NCBI GenBank assembly: GCA_030264375.1
Contig: JASCQW010000119.1
Location: 9,412,069-9,476,068, forward strand
Source: Carcharhinus longimanus
Taxonomy: Eukaryota
Length of the DNA stretch: 64,000 bases
Direction of reading: 5' to 3'
In this document: piece by piece, positions 10,951-22,980 of the stretch
Layout: every line of letters begins with the position of its first letter
Numbering within the stretch: the first letter of the stretch is position 1
Program-made: the position numbers and the translations under genes
Notes under the pieces: model-generated
Told to the model about the DNA's origin: nothing
The model's database searches: none
Seen by the model: only the letters and a program-made list of their open reading frames with translations

Positions 10951-13390
10951 TAAGAACATGAGAAATAGGAGCAGGAGTAGGCCATCTGTACCGTCGAGCA
11001 CAATCCACCTTTCAATAAGGCCATAGCTGATATTTTCATGGACTAGCTCCACTTACTGACCCGCTCACCCTAATCCTTATTTGCATTATTTTTGAAAAAT
11101 GCATTTATCCTTCCTTCAAAAAACATTCAATAGATAGCCTCAACTGCTTCACTGCGCAGGGAATTCTACAGGTTTACAACCCTTTGTGTGGAACAAGTTT
11201 GTCATCAACTCTGCTGTAAACCTGCTCCCCCTTATTTTGAAACCATGTCCGCTACTTCTACTTTCACTCGCCAGTGGAAACAACTTCCCTGCTTCTATCC
11301 TATCTATTCCCCTCCTAATCTGATATGTTTCTATATTTTTTCCCTCATTCTTCAGAATATCAGTGAGTACAATCCTAATCTACTCAGTCTCCCCTCGTAA
11401 GTCAACCGTCTCAAATCCTGACTCAACCAAGTTAACCTAGTCCGCAGACCGCTTCCGCCCCCCCCACCCACCCCCCCCCCCCCCCTGCGGNNNNNNNNNN
11501 AAATGTCTGTCTATCATTTCTCAGGTAAGGAGACCAATACATACACAGTACTCCAGATGTGGCCTCACCAGCACGTTACACAACTGCAACATAGTCTCAC
11601 TGTGTTAAAGCTCCTCCCGTCTAGCAATGGAGGACAATATCCCGTTTGCCTCCTTAATTACCCGCTGCACCTACAAACAGACTCCTTGTGATTTTACAAA
11701 GGACCCACAGGTTCCTTTGCAAAGCAAAATGCTGCAATTTTTACTATTCAAATAATCGTCAATTTTGCTGTTATTCTTACCAAAATGGATGATCTCGCAT
11801 TACTAACATTGCACTCCATCTCCAGACTCTCGCTCACTCACTGAGATTACCTATACCCCTTTTCAGACTTTCATCTTTCCCAACACAGTTTGGCCTGCCA
11901 CTCATCTTAGTGTTATCCGCGAATTTTGACACACTGCACTTGTTCCCATACTCCAAATCACCTATAAATCGTAGACTATTGTGGTTCTATCAGTAATCCC
12001 TGAGGCACACCACTAGTCACTGATCGCCAAGCAGAAGAACACCCATTTACTCCCGCCTCCCTTTGCTTTTTGTTAGTTAACCAATCCTTTATCCATGCTA
12101 ATACCTGACCAGTAACACCGTGAACATTTCCCTTATGCAGCAGTCTTTGGTGCGGCACCTTCTCAAATGGCTTCTGGAAATCAATTTACGTCACATCCAC
12201 AGGTTCCCCCTTATCCAGTGCACATGTTATGTTCTCAACGAATTCCACCTAATTAGTCAAACATGACTTGCGCTTCATGAGCCCAAGCTGCTTGTTGCCA
12301 ATGGGGCGATTTTTATCTAAATGTTTCACTTTTTCTGCATTGAGGATAGGTTGAAGCATTTCCCCTAATCGGGAAGTTAAAATAACTGGCCTATTGTCAC
12401 CTGCTTTTCGTTTATCTCCTTTAAAAAAAAATCAAACAGCGGTGTCACATTCCCTGTTTTCTGAGTCCATCGAATTTTGGTAAATTTCCATTAGTGCATT
12501 TGTTATTTCCCCTGCCGTCTCTTTTAGTACCATGATGCATTTCATCTGGGCCATGAGGCTTGTCGACCTTTAAGCCGCATTAGTTTGCCCAAAACTACTT
12601 CTTCCGTGATACTGGCAATATGTAGGTTTTCACCAACGATAGCCTTCCTGTCAACAATTTTTGGCAAGTTACTTGTGTATTCCACCGGGAAGAGAGATTC
12701 AAAAAATGAACCTTGCTCAGCCATTTTCTCTTTTCCAGTTATTACATCCCACTTCTCATCCTCTAAATGACCAATGTTTCTTTAGCCACTCTTCTTCGTT
12801 TTATATATTTGTACAAACTAATGCTATTTCTTATATATTGTGAGCCTGTTTTCTCTAGTGATACATCTTACTGTTCTTTAAACCCTTTTTCTGTGGCTTT
12901 CTGCTGACCTTTAAAGAATTCCCAAAACTCTAGTTTCCAATAATCTTTGTCACTTTACGTGCCTTCTTTCTCTCAATTTGATACTCTCCTTTATTTCCTT
13001 AGATATCCACGGCTGTTCATCTCTGTTTCTCCAGTCCTTCCTTATCAAATTAAACTTTTGAATGATGTTTTGTTTTAGATTATATCTCATGATCTAGGGT
13101 CCTTCTTTCCTGTTCCATGTTACAACCAAATATAACCATTTCAAACCATAAACCAGAGAAATTACACAGAAACAGTATTCTAGTGCACAACAACAAAAAC
13201 TACAATGCCAAGAGCAAAATGAAAAATAAACACTGAGTGATCAATCGACACTCTTCCTTGTATCCTCTGCTCCCTAAATCCATGCGTTCGCCCAACTCCA
13301 AAGCACTCCTCTCAGCTAAGGAGCAATCAGCAACAATGTCGGCCTCGTCTTATTAATGAGAGCTCACAACTCTCTGCCTATTTCCACTTC
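10951..13390 (-). mobile_element. CR1 LINE inserted into pol, internally deleted; 13040-13390 possibly its 5' UTR
   Basis: Tail TAAGAACATGAGAAATAGGAGCAGGAGTAGGCC at 10951; minus ORFs 11976..12158 (PHQRLL...WIKDWL...VTSGVPQG) and 12542..12724 (ITEEVVLGKLMRLK). Confidence 0.88.
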
Positions 13391-13391
13391 A

Positions 13392-13944
13392 TTCACGCCC
13401 CATGTCCTCGTGATGAGGTGATCTAGGCGAGAAATTGAACCTTTACTCGGGCTGAACCTGCCCGAGTCCGAAGTCACAGCCCTCACTCACGAGAATGTCG
13501 TGAGAGCCATCCTGGAAAACAAACAGAACCGCACAACGGGATACAGCCGTTAAGATAGGCAAGGGGAAGGAGCAAAATAAGGCTTACTTTGTCGATAACG
13601 TGAAGTTCTTCGAATATGACATTGGTCAACAGATAATGCTCAGAGTCTTCCAGCCTGGTATGTTCCTCTCCCCCATATAAGCCGGACCCTATCCAGTGGT
13701 ATATAAGACCAGCCCTTCTGAATGCAAGGTCATAGTAGACTACAAGATAACCAGTTTGCACCTTGTCAACCAAATGAAGGCATTTGGCTCCCAGCAAAAT
13801 TTTGACAAATACGACGTTACCCTGGAAGGAATATTTGAGGAACACGGGAGCCCCAGACTCACCCCCATCCACCTGGACCCAAACCACAGTCCACAACCTG
13901 TAACCGATGTTATTGACTCCCATCCAGAACCCCCGGACCAGTAG
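13392..13944 (+). pseudogene. pol: Integrase end-of-core and C-terminal GPY/F domain; HHCC and DDE core missing
   Basis: FTPHVLVMR (G.TP.EL..GR-like), KEQNKAYF, YDIGQQIML, AGPYPVV (13681-13701), HLVNQMKAF. Confidence 0.8.
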
Positions 13945-15190
13945 AACAAAGAACAAAGAACAAAATCAGCCCGGGAAACAGGCCCTTCGGCCCAACGAGC
14001 CCGCGCCTCCATCACAACACCACCAGTCCACCTCTCTACCCTCTGACCCCTATCTAATGTTTTATGGCCATCCAGATTGAGGGAAACTGATTTAGGGACA
14101 AGTTATTCCTGCCAATCAGCCTAACAGCACATCTTTGGGGTGTGGGAGGAAACCGGAGCACCCGGAGAAAACCCACGCANNNNNNNNNNNNNNNNNNNNN
14201 NNNNNNNNNNNNNNNNNNNNNNNNNNNNNNNNNNNNNNNNNNNNNNNNNNNNNNNNNNNNNNNNNNNNNNNNNNNNNNNNNNNNNNNNNNNNNNNNNNNN
14301 NNNNNNNNNNNNNNNNNNNNNNNNNNNNNNNNNNNNNNNNNNNNNNNNNNNNNNNNNNNNNNNNNNNNNNNNNNNNNNNNNNNNNNNNNNNNNNNNNNNN
14401 NNNNNNNNNNNNNNNNNNNNNNNNNNNNNNNNNNNNNNNNNNNNNNNNNNNNNNNNNNNNNNNNNNNNNNNNNNNNNNNNNNNNNNNNNNNNNNNNNNNN
14501 NNNNNNNNNNNNNNNNNNNNNNNNNNNNNNNNNNNNNNNNNNNNNNNNNNNNNNNNNNNNNNNNNNNNNNNNNNNNNNNNNNNNNNNNNNNNNNNNNNNN
14601 NNNNNNNNNNNNNNNNNNNNNNNNNNNNNNNNNNNNNNNNNNNNNNNNNNNNNNNNNNNNNNNNNNNNNNNNNNNNNNNNNNNNNNNNNNNNNNNNNNNN
14701 NNNNNNNNNNNNNNNNNNNNNNNNNNNNNNNNNNNNNNNNNNNNNNNNNNNNNNNNNNNNNNNNNNNNNNNNNNNNNNNNNNNNNNNNNNNNNNNNNNNN
14801 NNNNNNNNNNNNNNNNNNNNNNNNNNNNNNNNNNNNNNNNNNNNNNNNNNNNNNNNNNNNNNNNNNNNNNNNNNNNNNNNNNNNNNNNNNNNNNNNNNNN
14901 NNNNNNNNNNNNNNNNNNNNNNNNNNNNNNNNNNNNNNNNNNNNNNNNNNNNNNNNNNNNNNNNNNNNNNNNNNNNNNNNNNNNNNNNNNNNNNNNNNNN
15001 NNNNNNNNNNNNNNNNNNNNNNNNNNNNNNNNNNNNNNNNNNNNNNNNNNNNNNNNNNNNNNNNNNNNNNNNNNNNNNNNNNNNNNNNNNNNNNNNNNNN
15101 NNNNNNNNNNNNNNNNNNNNNNNNCCGGCCAACATGCGTCACCTCACATTTATCCGGATTAAACTCCATTTGTCATGTATCTGCCCAATC
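13943..15190 (-). mobile_element. CR1 3' fragment with nested V-SINE; middle is N gap
   Basis: AGAACAAAGAACAAAGAAC...GGCCCTTCGGCCC tail; 15125-15190 reads MEFNPDKCEVTHVGR on the minus strand (CR1 RT C-terminus). Confidence 0.8.
14060..14179 (-). mobile_element. V-SINE/HE1-like SINE core, runs into gap
   Basis: GTGTGGGAGGAAACCGGAGCACCCGGAGAAAACCCACGCA, the reverse complement of the V-SINE core. Confidence 0.85.
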
Positions 15191-15589
15191 CCGCCCCAAT
15201 TTAAAGAGCTCCGGGAATAAAGCCATGGCCTCAGGGAACCCGACGCAAAGGATGGGGCATCAGCAAGCCTTCCCCAACACGGCGTGCCAGGCGGTCCGAC
15301 TCCCAGAACCGTTTGACCGAGCGCTCATTACCAGAGGTGATAAAACGGTGGGTCTTTGGCAATCAAAGCCCTCATACTTTGCTTCCCGACACAAAGGAAA
15401 TATCATGGCATCACCGTCCAAATTGTAGATTGTTTCATCCACTCACTCCACGCATCAACGAATTGAAAAAAAAAGCTTCTTCTCTGCCTACATTATACAG
15501 CACCATAATCATCTGACACAGCACCGTTTTGTTGTGGGATGAAGAATCTATTTTTATACTGTCCTACAGTCCTTCAACAACACGGATAC

Positions 15590-17893
15590 ATGCCACAGAC
15601 CCAACATTTTATTTTCACGATATGCAAATTCCTTACTCCACTCAACCCCATTAAACACTGATTGCCGAGCAACCCTTTGCATCACACTATAGAACCCTTA
15701 ATATTCAGTTACTTATTTCTTTGTTTCACTTATTAAACAAAAGGAGTCATATGACATTCTCGTAACGAAATAGCAAAAGGAATCAGGTATTAATAGGAAT
15801 TTAGAGGGGCTACCTTGATCTCCCCCAGAATGAACTACATATACGTAGCTGCTATCCGTCATGCCTCGTCGGAGATAGAACCACAGACTGCACACCAACC
15901 GAAGACTACAATATGAGCCTACGATACACCGGATGCGAGCAAATGTGAGGGAGGCATCCTATGATATACTCCAATACGAGTATCACATATGGGTGAAACA
16001 ACCAAAGAGTGATGCACAAGAAAGCTAATACGAATTCTCATTATTGCTCCCTCGCTCGTGTCTGGTGGGTGCACACTAACCATATATGGAGCTAGCCTGT
16101 CCAACCTATGGCCGATAAAAAAGGGCTGAAATTATGAAAGAGGTCCGCTGGTAAGGTTATTCAAAAAGAGTACATGTAAGACGAAATTAGGAAATGATTA
16201 AGACCAACTGTTAGCATAACCATCGCGAATTGTTTGGAAACCAGCACAGGGATCCACAACTGGGTTGATACCAAAACATACAGGGAAAATATTATTCGAC
16301 AACACACACTACAAATTGGTACCAGTAGTGGTAGATTTAGCTGGAACACAATGATCAGACTGATGTGACTCCCCGCTTGGAAAATTGTTGCTCCACCTGA
16401 CTCAAAGGCCGCTAAGCCGAAGGATTGGAACGCACAAGGAAGGACAGACGTCCAGATCAAAGGACCAGAATAGTAGGGCAATCCTGAATGATATGGCGAC
16501 GGCATACGGAGCGGGGGAATCCATCATTAACACGCTGGATCTGGCTGATTTGGAGAACATGTTGAGAGTCCTAACACACTAAGTTAAAGAGACATTAGAC
16601 CTTACCTGAAATGGAAATGCTCATCAACATGCTGAGAGAGATTTGGCTGAGAACAGTACCAGTATTCTTCTGGTTTCTGTACCAGAAGGTGGTGCCGCAC
16701 TATTAGTCACGTCACGGAGGGAGGAGTGAAGATGATGCCAGACAATAGAAACGAACCCTGTGTAGCATTTATGGGCAATGGATGTCGAGCAGTTAAGAAA
16801 GAGCACCGTTCATTTTCGTAGGAAAAAAGTTCCATCCGGGAACAGTGACAAACAGATTGAAAACCTATACCAAGGGAAAAAAATGCATTCCAACGTCACT
16901 AACTGTCAATTACAACAACTGACAAGATTTGGTCTGACGATAGTTGTGAAGGAACCCCACGGATCGCACTAGGAATGGTGTTTGGGATCCCAGAATCATT
17001 AAGGGATCAGGTCGGGTTGAGATTCTTTGAAGCAAAAGTATTGGAATCAGTAAAGGAGGGATATGGACGGGATAGCAGGTTTCAGAAAGGAGGGTGGTTC
17101 AGAAAGTCGGGAAGCTCATCGGCACCATTCTGGAGAAGTGTGAATACTGACAAAATTGTCCTGTGTCCATATTCGATGTATCAAAATGAACTTGCACTGT
17201 GTAGATTCAGAAAAAAAAAACTATTGAACTAAACTGTACACAGTAAGTTCGAGTTTTAGAAAGGAAGGTCACAGGAATGCTTACACTAGGGGAGATGGTG
17301 CGGGGGTGGGGGGGGGGGGGTGGCGGTAAAGAATATTGTATTGCAACCTCTCCACAAAATTGCCACTCTTCGACAGCCATCTGCAATATCCACAACACTG
17401 CATTTTGCGTTAAACCACACATTCCCGCCAGGATAGATTTGAGGTGGTGGACATTCACAGAAGAGAGAACATAGAAAGTAACGCTAGTGAGGAATTGAGA
17501 CAAAGCTTGAGGGAGCACTTAGGAAAAGAACAACGGTACCGGGATAGCACTTCCACCTGAAAAACGACATCAATTTCGGACTCAATTGATCACAGAAGAC
17601 AAGACCTTTGCCAAAGTGGCGCAACAAATACGGGAAATTTTAAAAACAAGAACACTAGCGCATTTAGAATCAATACATGGTGGGAGGATTTCGCGGATTG
17701 GGGTTCCAATGTCTAAATCCATCTATGGGTCCGCATGTTGTCACACATGGCCGTAATAAGAATCCTAGTTGTGACAGTGCACCTAACAATTCTCGTGTTT
17801 AAACTTGCTCAACGGAAAAATGAATTTCTCCAACACTTGGACAGCTCAAGGCTCATCCGACATCAGGAAAGTCCTAACAATAAAGTGCCTTGA
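15590..17893 (+). pseudogene. env: env-like fusion glycoprotein remnant with many stops/frameshifts; start uncertain
   Basis: Between IN and the 3' LTR. Contains GLIPKHTGKILFDNTHYKLVPVVVDL; R|AILNDMATAYGAGESIINTLDLADLENML (cleavage/fusion peptide/heptad, from 16475); Cys-rich KEYCIATSPQNCHSSTAICNIHNTAFCVKP; NTWWEDFADWGS; hydrophobic TM MLSHMAVIRILVVTVHLTILVF; stop at 17891-17893. Confidence 0.75.
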
Positions 17894-18131
17894 TACTCTC
17901 ATATTTATATTGTAAAATGTACAGTCATTTGCCATTTTGTACTATGCATTGCTTTGATTTGTATTTACCCAATTGATGTATTGTTTTTTTTTACTCTTTT
18001 TCTTCATTACAATTTGTTGGAATTATTATGGGTTAGAATGATACTATCAACCCTGTTATTGCTTGTTGCCATACTTTGGTAAGGATTGTGTTACCCAGTT
18101 CGCTTATGTTCACTGGATCAAGTGCAGAGAA

Positions 18132-18947
18132 TGTGATAATATAATCAGGGCCCAGTTTTAAGGCAGATGAAATTGGATATCTTGAATTAAAGAATTGAAC
18201 ATATTGAAATCAAAAATCATCAAAACTCACATATGCCAGAGTTGACGAAAGTCAAACATACAAAGACACAAACATGTCTGGGCCTGGCCAATCATCACTT
18301 ATCAAAGATCAATGCACTCTACTGAGACCCCCAGGAGTTCATTGCGCCCCATTGAAATGCATTGGCTTATTTTCAGAAGCCCATATCGGGTGAGACTCTT
18401 TGTCACCCAGATTTACTGCAGTTACCCTATCTGACAACAGATTGTGTGCAGGCAACAGAATGGGGAGCAGGCCCCAGTGCCCTGTCAGACAGACGTCAGT
18501 TACCCACTGGGTATTGGGACACCTCCTCCCGTGACTTCATTGGACGGAAAACAGAGATGTTTCTGNNNNNNNNNNNNNNNNNNNNNNNNNNNNNNNNNNN
18601 NNNNNNNNNNNNNNNNNNNNNNNNNNNNNNNNNNNNNTCGATGAGGGAGACAAAACCACCATCCGGAAAAATGACCAGGGAAGGAAGGAAAGCAAACGCT
18701 TCCATCGAGACTCACCTTCTTGACGATGGACCAGAGAGACTCAGAGAACCGGGCCTGCAGATTAGTCAAACCGTCTTTGTGTTTCGTACACTTGAATCTG
18801 GAGTATTCTCCTGTTTGATGTGGGTAATTCATGGATGAATAATGTTATTATTAATAAACTTATATTTGCTCTTGCCCATTTTGCAATTTTGGGCACCAGG
18901 GTAAAACTTTGAGTAGGTAAACTGGTTGAATGCGTCTGCGAGTTACA
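18132..18947 (+). repeat. 3' LTR
   Basis: TGTGATAATATAATCAGGG...TGCGAGTTACA; AATAAA at 18853-18858; preceded by a decayed purine tract (AAGTGCAGAGAA). Confidence 0.9.
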
Positions 18948-20314
18948 GGATAAAGAGGAAGGAATGTTGTGCTTGCTTAACGCTCTGTATGTTAAACATT
19001 AACACTGAGCCTTCTCTGAAGAAAAAAGAAAATTAATGCAATTCCTTGAGGAACAACCATACAACCCTAATGTTTGGCACGTCGTAATCGGGAAAGAAAA
19101 TTCATAATTTCCTCGTTGATCAATCATTCCGTTGGGCTGTTGTGATGCATTGTCAGATTCGGTACTGGAACGTGTTCTGTTAATATGCTGACGCATATAA
19201 ATCATGGACGTGGAATACGCAGTGAAGAATGGAATGATGATATTGCTTTAACATAATAGAGAACAGAACGGTGTATTCAAAGTGTAAGAATCTGACCGGG
19301 GTATGATGGAAAGTCACATGCAAAAAAAAACCGTTCGCATGCGTCTGTGCAGCGGAGTAAAGTGACAATGAAAATCAAAATGTCAAATTGATTATTATTA
19401 GGCACCATTAAATGAGTTGTGATACCATTGGGCAATAACACTTGGACTGTTTATGATCAGCATTTTAAATCATAATTCTGGATTGCCGATTGGTTGCACT
19501 TTCGTGAGGGCTAACCCGACAAATGTGCTGATGCATGACATTCCACTGCGAGATTCCCAGGCAATACGTTCCTCAAACTCTCAGGGAAGTATAATTTTAC
19601 AATTTGCATTTACCCCATCCCAGCAATATTACATAGTGCTATCTTAAACAGAAATATCTGATGGCCCAGTGTGTTTTACTTATATCCTTTCGCATGAAAC
19701 TTAATTAATGTAGGTAAAATATAGTACATTCCCCGACAATGCCCCAGTCATGCCTCAATTCACTGGGAGGACATGCAGTATCCCATAAAGCCCAGCGAGC
19801 ACAAGTATCGACCGCCTCTGAAATTCACTGCTACTTGGGATGATCAGATTAAGATTCGCAAAAAAACCCATTTTCCCTGATCAGTAGACCCTTACATGAC
19901 CGTACAGCACCCGTTCATATCACCCAACTCCAAATCACACTGACTATATCCCTCCTACAACCAATAATATGTCGACAACCAAATATCTTCAACAAATACA
20001 ACGTCCTTGTTTTCGAAAATTGGCAGTGATCTTTATAAGTATAGTTGTGGATGTTGTGAAATTTAAAACTTTTTTTTTGGATTATGAACATATATTTAAC
20101 TCGACAAATTGTCTGTAATGTTGTGCCATAACTATACATTCTGAAAATGTGCATTCACTCATGCTCGCAAGAAGGATTACAGATTGATCTCCAAAATCAC
20201 CGATGATTGAAATGTGTAATTAACGAGGAACTTATGTGCCCAAAGAATGATTGATGCTTTATAATTTACATCTGGAGGGCTTATGTAATTCAAATCTCAC
20301 CGAGTATTGAAGAA

Positions 20315-21720
20315 GAACCAATATAATGACAGAAGTTAGCCAATTATCGCCCAATCAGTCTNNNNNNNNNNNNNNNNNNNCTTTTTTTTCGATGCTCAGC
20401 AAAGTGATGGAAAGCGTCACCGAAAGTGCTATCAAACAGCTATGGTCAGCAAAAACCTTCTCAGTGAAGCCCAGTTCGTGTCTCGGCAAGGTCAGTCAGC
20501 TTCTCACCTCATTGTAGCTTCAAATCAAACATGGAGAAAAAAGCCGAAATCCAATAGTGAGATGAGAGTGACAGCTCGTGACACCAAGAACCCATCTGAC
20601 CGAGTGTGCCTTCAAGGAGCCGTAACAAAACTAATGTCAATGGGTATCAGAGGGCAACCAGTCTCCTGTTTGGAGTCATACGTGTTACAAAGGAAGATGT
20701 TTGTAATTGTGGAGGGTCAGTCATCTCAGCTGAGGGGCATATCTGCAGGAGTCCCTCAGGGTAGTGTCCTGAGCCTAATAACCTTCAGCTACTTCATCAA
20801 TTGCATTCCCTATGTCATTAAGCCAGAAGTGGAGTATTTGACGAGGATTGCACAATGTTCAATACCATTCCCGACTCCTCAGATAGTGACGCAGCTCACG
20901 TTCGAACAGAACAAGATCTGCAAAATAACCAGGCTTGGGCAGACAAATGGTAAGTAACGCTGGCACCACTGAAATGCCAGGCAATGACCATCACCAATAA
21001 GAGACACTCTAACCAACGTCCCTTGACATTCAATGGTATAACCATCACTCAATCCCTCACTACCGATATTTTTGGGATTGCAGTTAAACAGAAGCACAAC
21101 TGGACACACTACGTAGACACAGTGGCTGCATGGACAGGTCGGAGGCTAGGAATACTGCAGCGAGTAATTCAGCTCGAGGTTCCCAAAAGCCTATGCAACA
21201 TTTAAAATGCACGAATCCGGAATGTGATGAAATACACCCCACTTGCTGGATGGATGCAGTACCAAAAACACTCAAGAAGCTCCAGCTATCCAATAAATAA
21301 ATTGGCTTGGTTTGCACCACATCTGCGAACATTCAACCCCTCCAGTGCTCATCAGCAGGAATGTATAAGGCCTATAAGATGCACTGCAGCATTCACCAAA
21401 GATCCTGAGACAACACATTCCAAACCCAAAAAGCATTTTCACTTAGAAGGACAAGGGCAGCAGATAAATGTGAACACCACCAGTGGCAAATTCCCTTCCA
21501 AAACACTCACCATCCTGACTTGGAAATTCATCGCCGTTCCCTCGGAGTTGTTGTGTCAAAATCCTTGAATTCCCTCCCTATCGGCATTGTGGCTCAACCC
21601 ACAGGACATGGATTGCAGCGACTCAAGACAACTGCTCACCACCTCCTCCTCCAGGGCAACCAGTGATGGGAATAAACACTGGCCTGCCAGTGTCGCCCAT
21701 TTTCTGGGAGTGACGAAATA
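20315..21720 (+). mobile_element. 5'-truncated CR1/L2-group LINE (RT and 3' tail)
   Basis: NYRPISL-like at ~20340; ORF 20442..20957 (DRV...KLMSMGIRG...ISAGVPQGSVLS..FSYFIN); 3' tail GATGGGAATAAACACTGGCCTGCCAGTGTCGCCCAT. Confidence 0.9.
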
Positions 21721-22449
21721 ATATGCCAAGTCAAATAGCTCAAGATGTGCCCAAATACTTACAATGTTAATGCTCATTGGACTGATTTAATTGACGTAAG
21801 AGCTTCTGTTTTTGGATTTTGTATACGCATTCATGAAGCCTACTGGTGTCTATTACATTGCAGTCCAATTTGGAACATTTTCCAATTACTTCTCCTTTAA
21901 TGAACAATTTTCGTCTGTTTCAATTGCATTTGATCCCGATCAATCAATTAAGGAATACACAAACGGACTTTTGCAAGTTAATCCCGATTTAATGGTTTCC
22001 ATATCAATTCAGCTGTTTGCAGTGTGGCAACGCTCGAAATCTGCGTTGTTGCAATGTACCATTATTACATAATTCCAATTTCAAATGCTCCATAACAGGC
22101 AAATGGAATATTAGCTGTTTTCAACTTCTGTTTTAATAGATCTTCGACGTGTCTTCATTTTTTTCAGTTCCTTCATGTCTTAGCTGGATCCTTATATTCT
22201 GACCAAACATTTGTCCAACTGTTCGAATACCTGTTTCCTTATTTTCCCCATAATCTCGTTTTGAAGTTGTTTCGTATACATTAACTCATTTAAGTTTGAT
22301 AAACCCGTTCACATCCAACAGAGTAGCTGATTTTTTTTTTCTCTCCAGTTTCTTTTAAGAGCGTGATAGATTTGCAGTCTTTAAATGTGCACATTAACAT
22401 TATGGAACAAGAACACTTAAATCAACTGGGGAGATTTTCTTGACTTGCT

Positions 22450-22980
22450 CCTAAGCACATGTGGCTGCATTCCATTCACTCACCACCCCCTGAGTGAAAA
22501 ACTTACACCTAACATCTCCTCTGTACTTGCTTCCCTGCACCTTAAATCTGTGTCGTCTCGTAGCGACCATTTCAGCCCGGGGAAATAGCCTCTGAGAATC
22601 CACCCTATCTATTAAGAACATAAGAACATAAGAAATAGGAGCAGGAGTAGGCCATCTGGCCCTTCGAGCCTGCCCCGCCATTCANNNNNNNNNNNNNNNN
22701 NNNNNNNNNNNNNNNNNNNNNNNNNNNNNNNNNNNNNNNNNNNNNNNNNNNNNNNNNNNNNNNNNNNNNNNNNNNNNNNNNNNNTGCATCCTATCTATGT
22801 CCCGCTGCAACTTCTGACATCCCTCCAGACCATCCACAACACCACCAACTTTCTTATCGTCGGCGAACATACTAACCAATCCCTCCACTTCCTCATCCAG
22901 GTCATTTATGAAAATGACAAAAGCAAGGGTCCTCGAACAGATCCCTGGGACACTCCACTGGTGACCGACCTCCATGCAGA
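22450..22980 (-). mobile_element. CR1 RT/3' fragment with a nested young CR1 tail from 22614
   Basis: Minus ORF 22682..22975 FVIFINDLDEEVEGLVSMFADDKKVGG...LQRDIDR; also KYRGDVRCKFFTQGVVSEWN. Confidence 0.88.

Larger units (their letters stand above)
6958..18947 (+). mobile_element. Decayed endogenous LTR retroelement/provirus (lokiretrovirus-like or spuma-related), gag-pol-env order
   Basis: Paired LTRs, PBS, PR/RT/tether/RNase H/IN order, env-like region with TM; imperfect 4-bp TSD GGAG (6954-6957) / GGAT (18948-18951). Confidence 0.9.

Noticed and set aside
13483-13956. 157-aa minus-strand ORF as a possible antisense viral gene
   Set aside because: Shadow of the integrase C-terminus with a non-ATG start; no independent support
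14054-15428. Long ORFs of 339-428 aa in the ORF track
   Set aside because: Artefacts of translating an N gap; the same applies to ORFs at 7324-7724, 30332-30670 and 32477-33019
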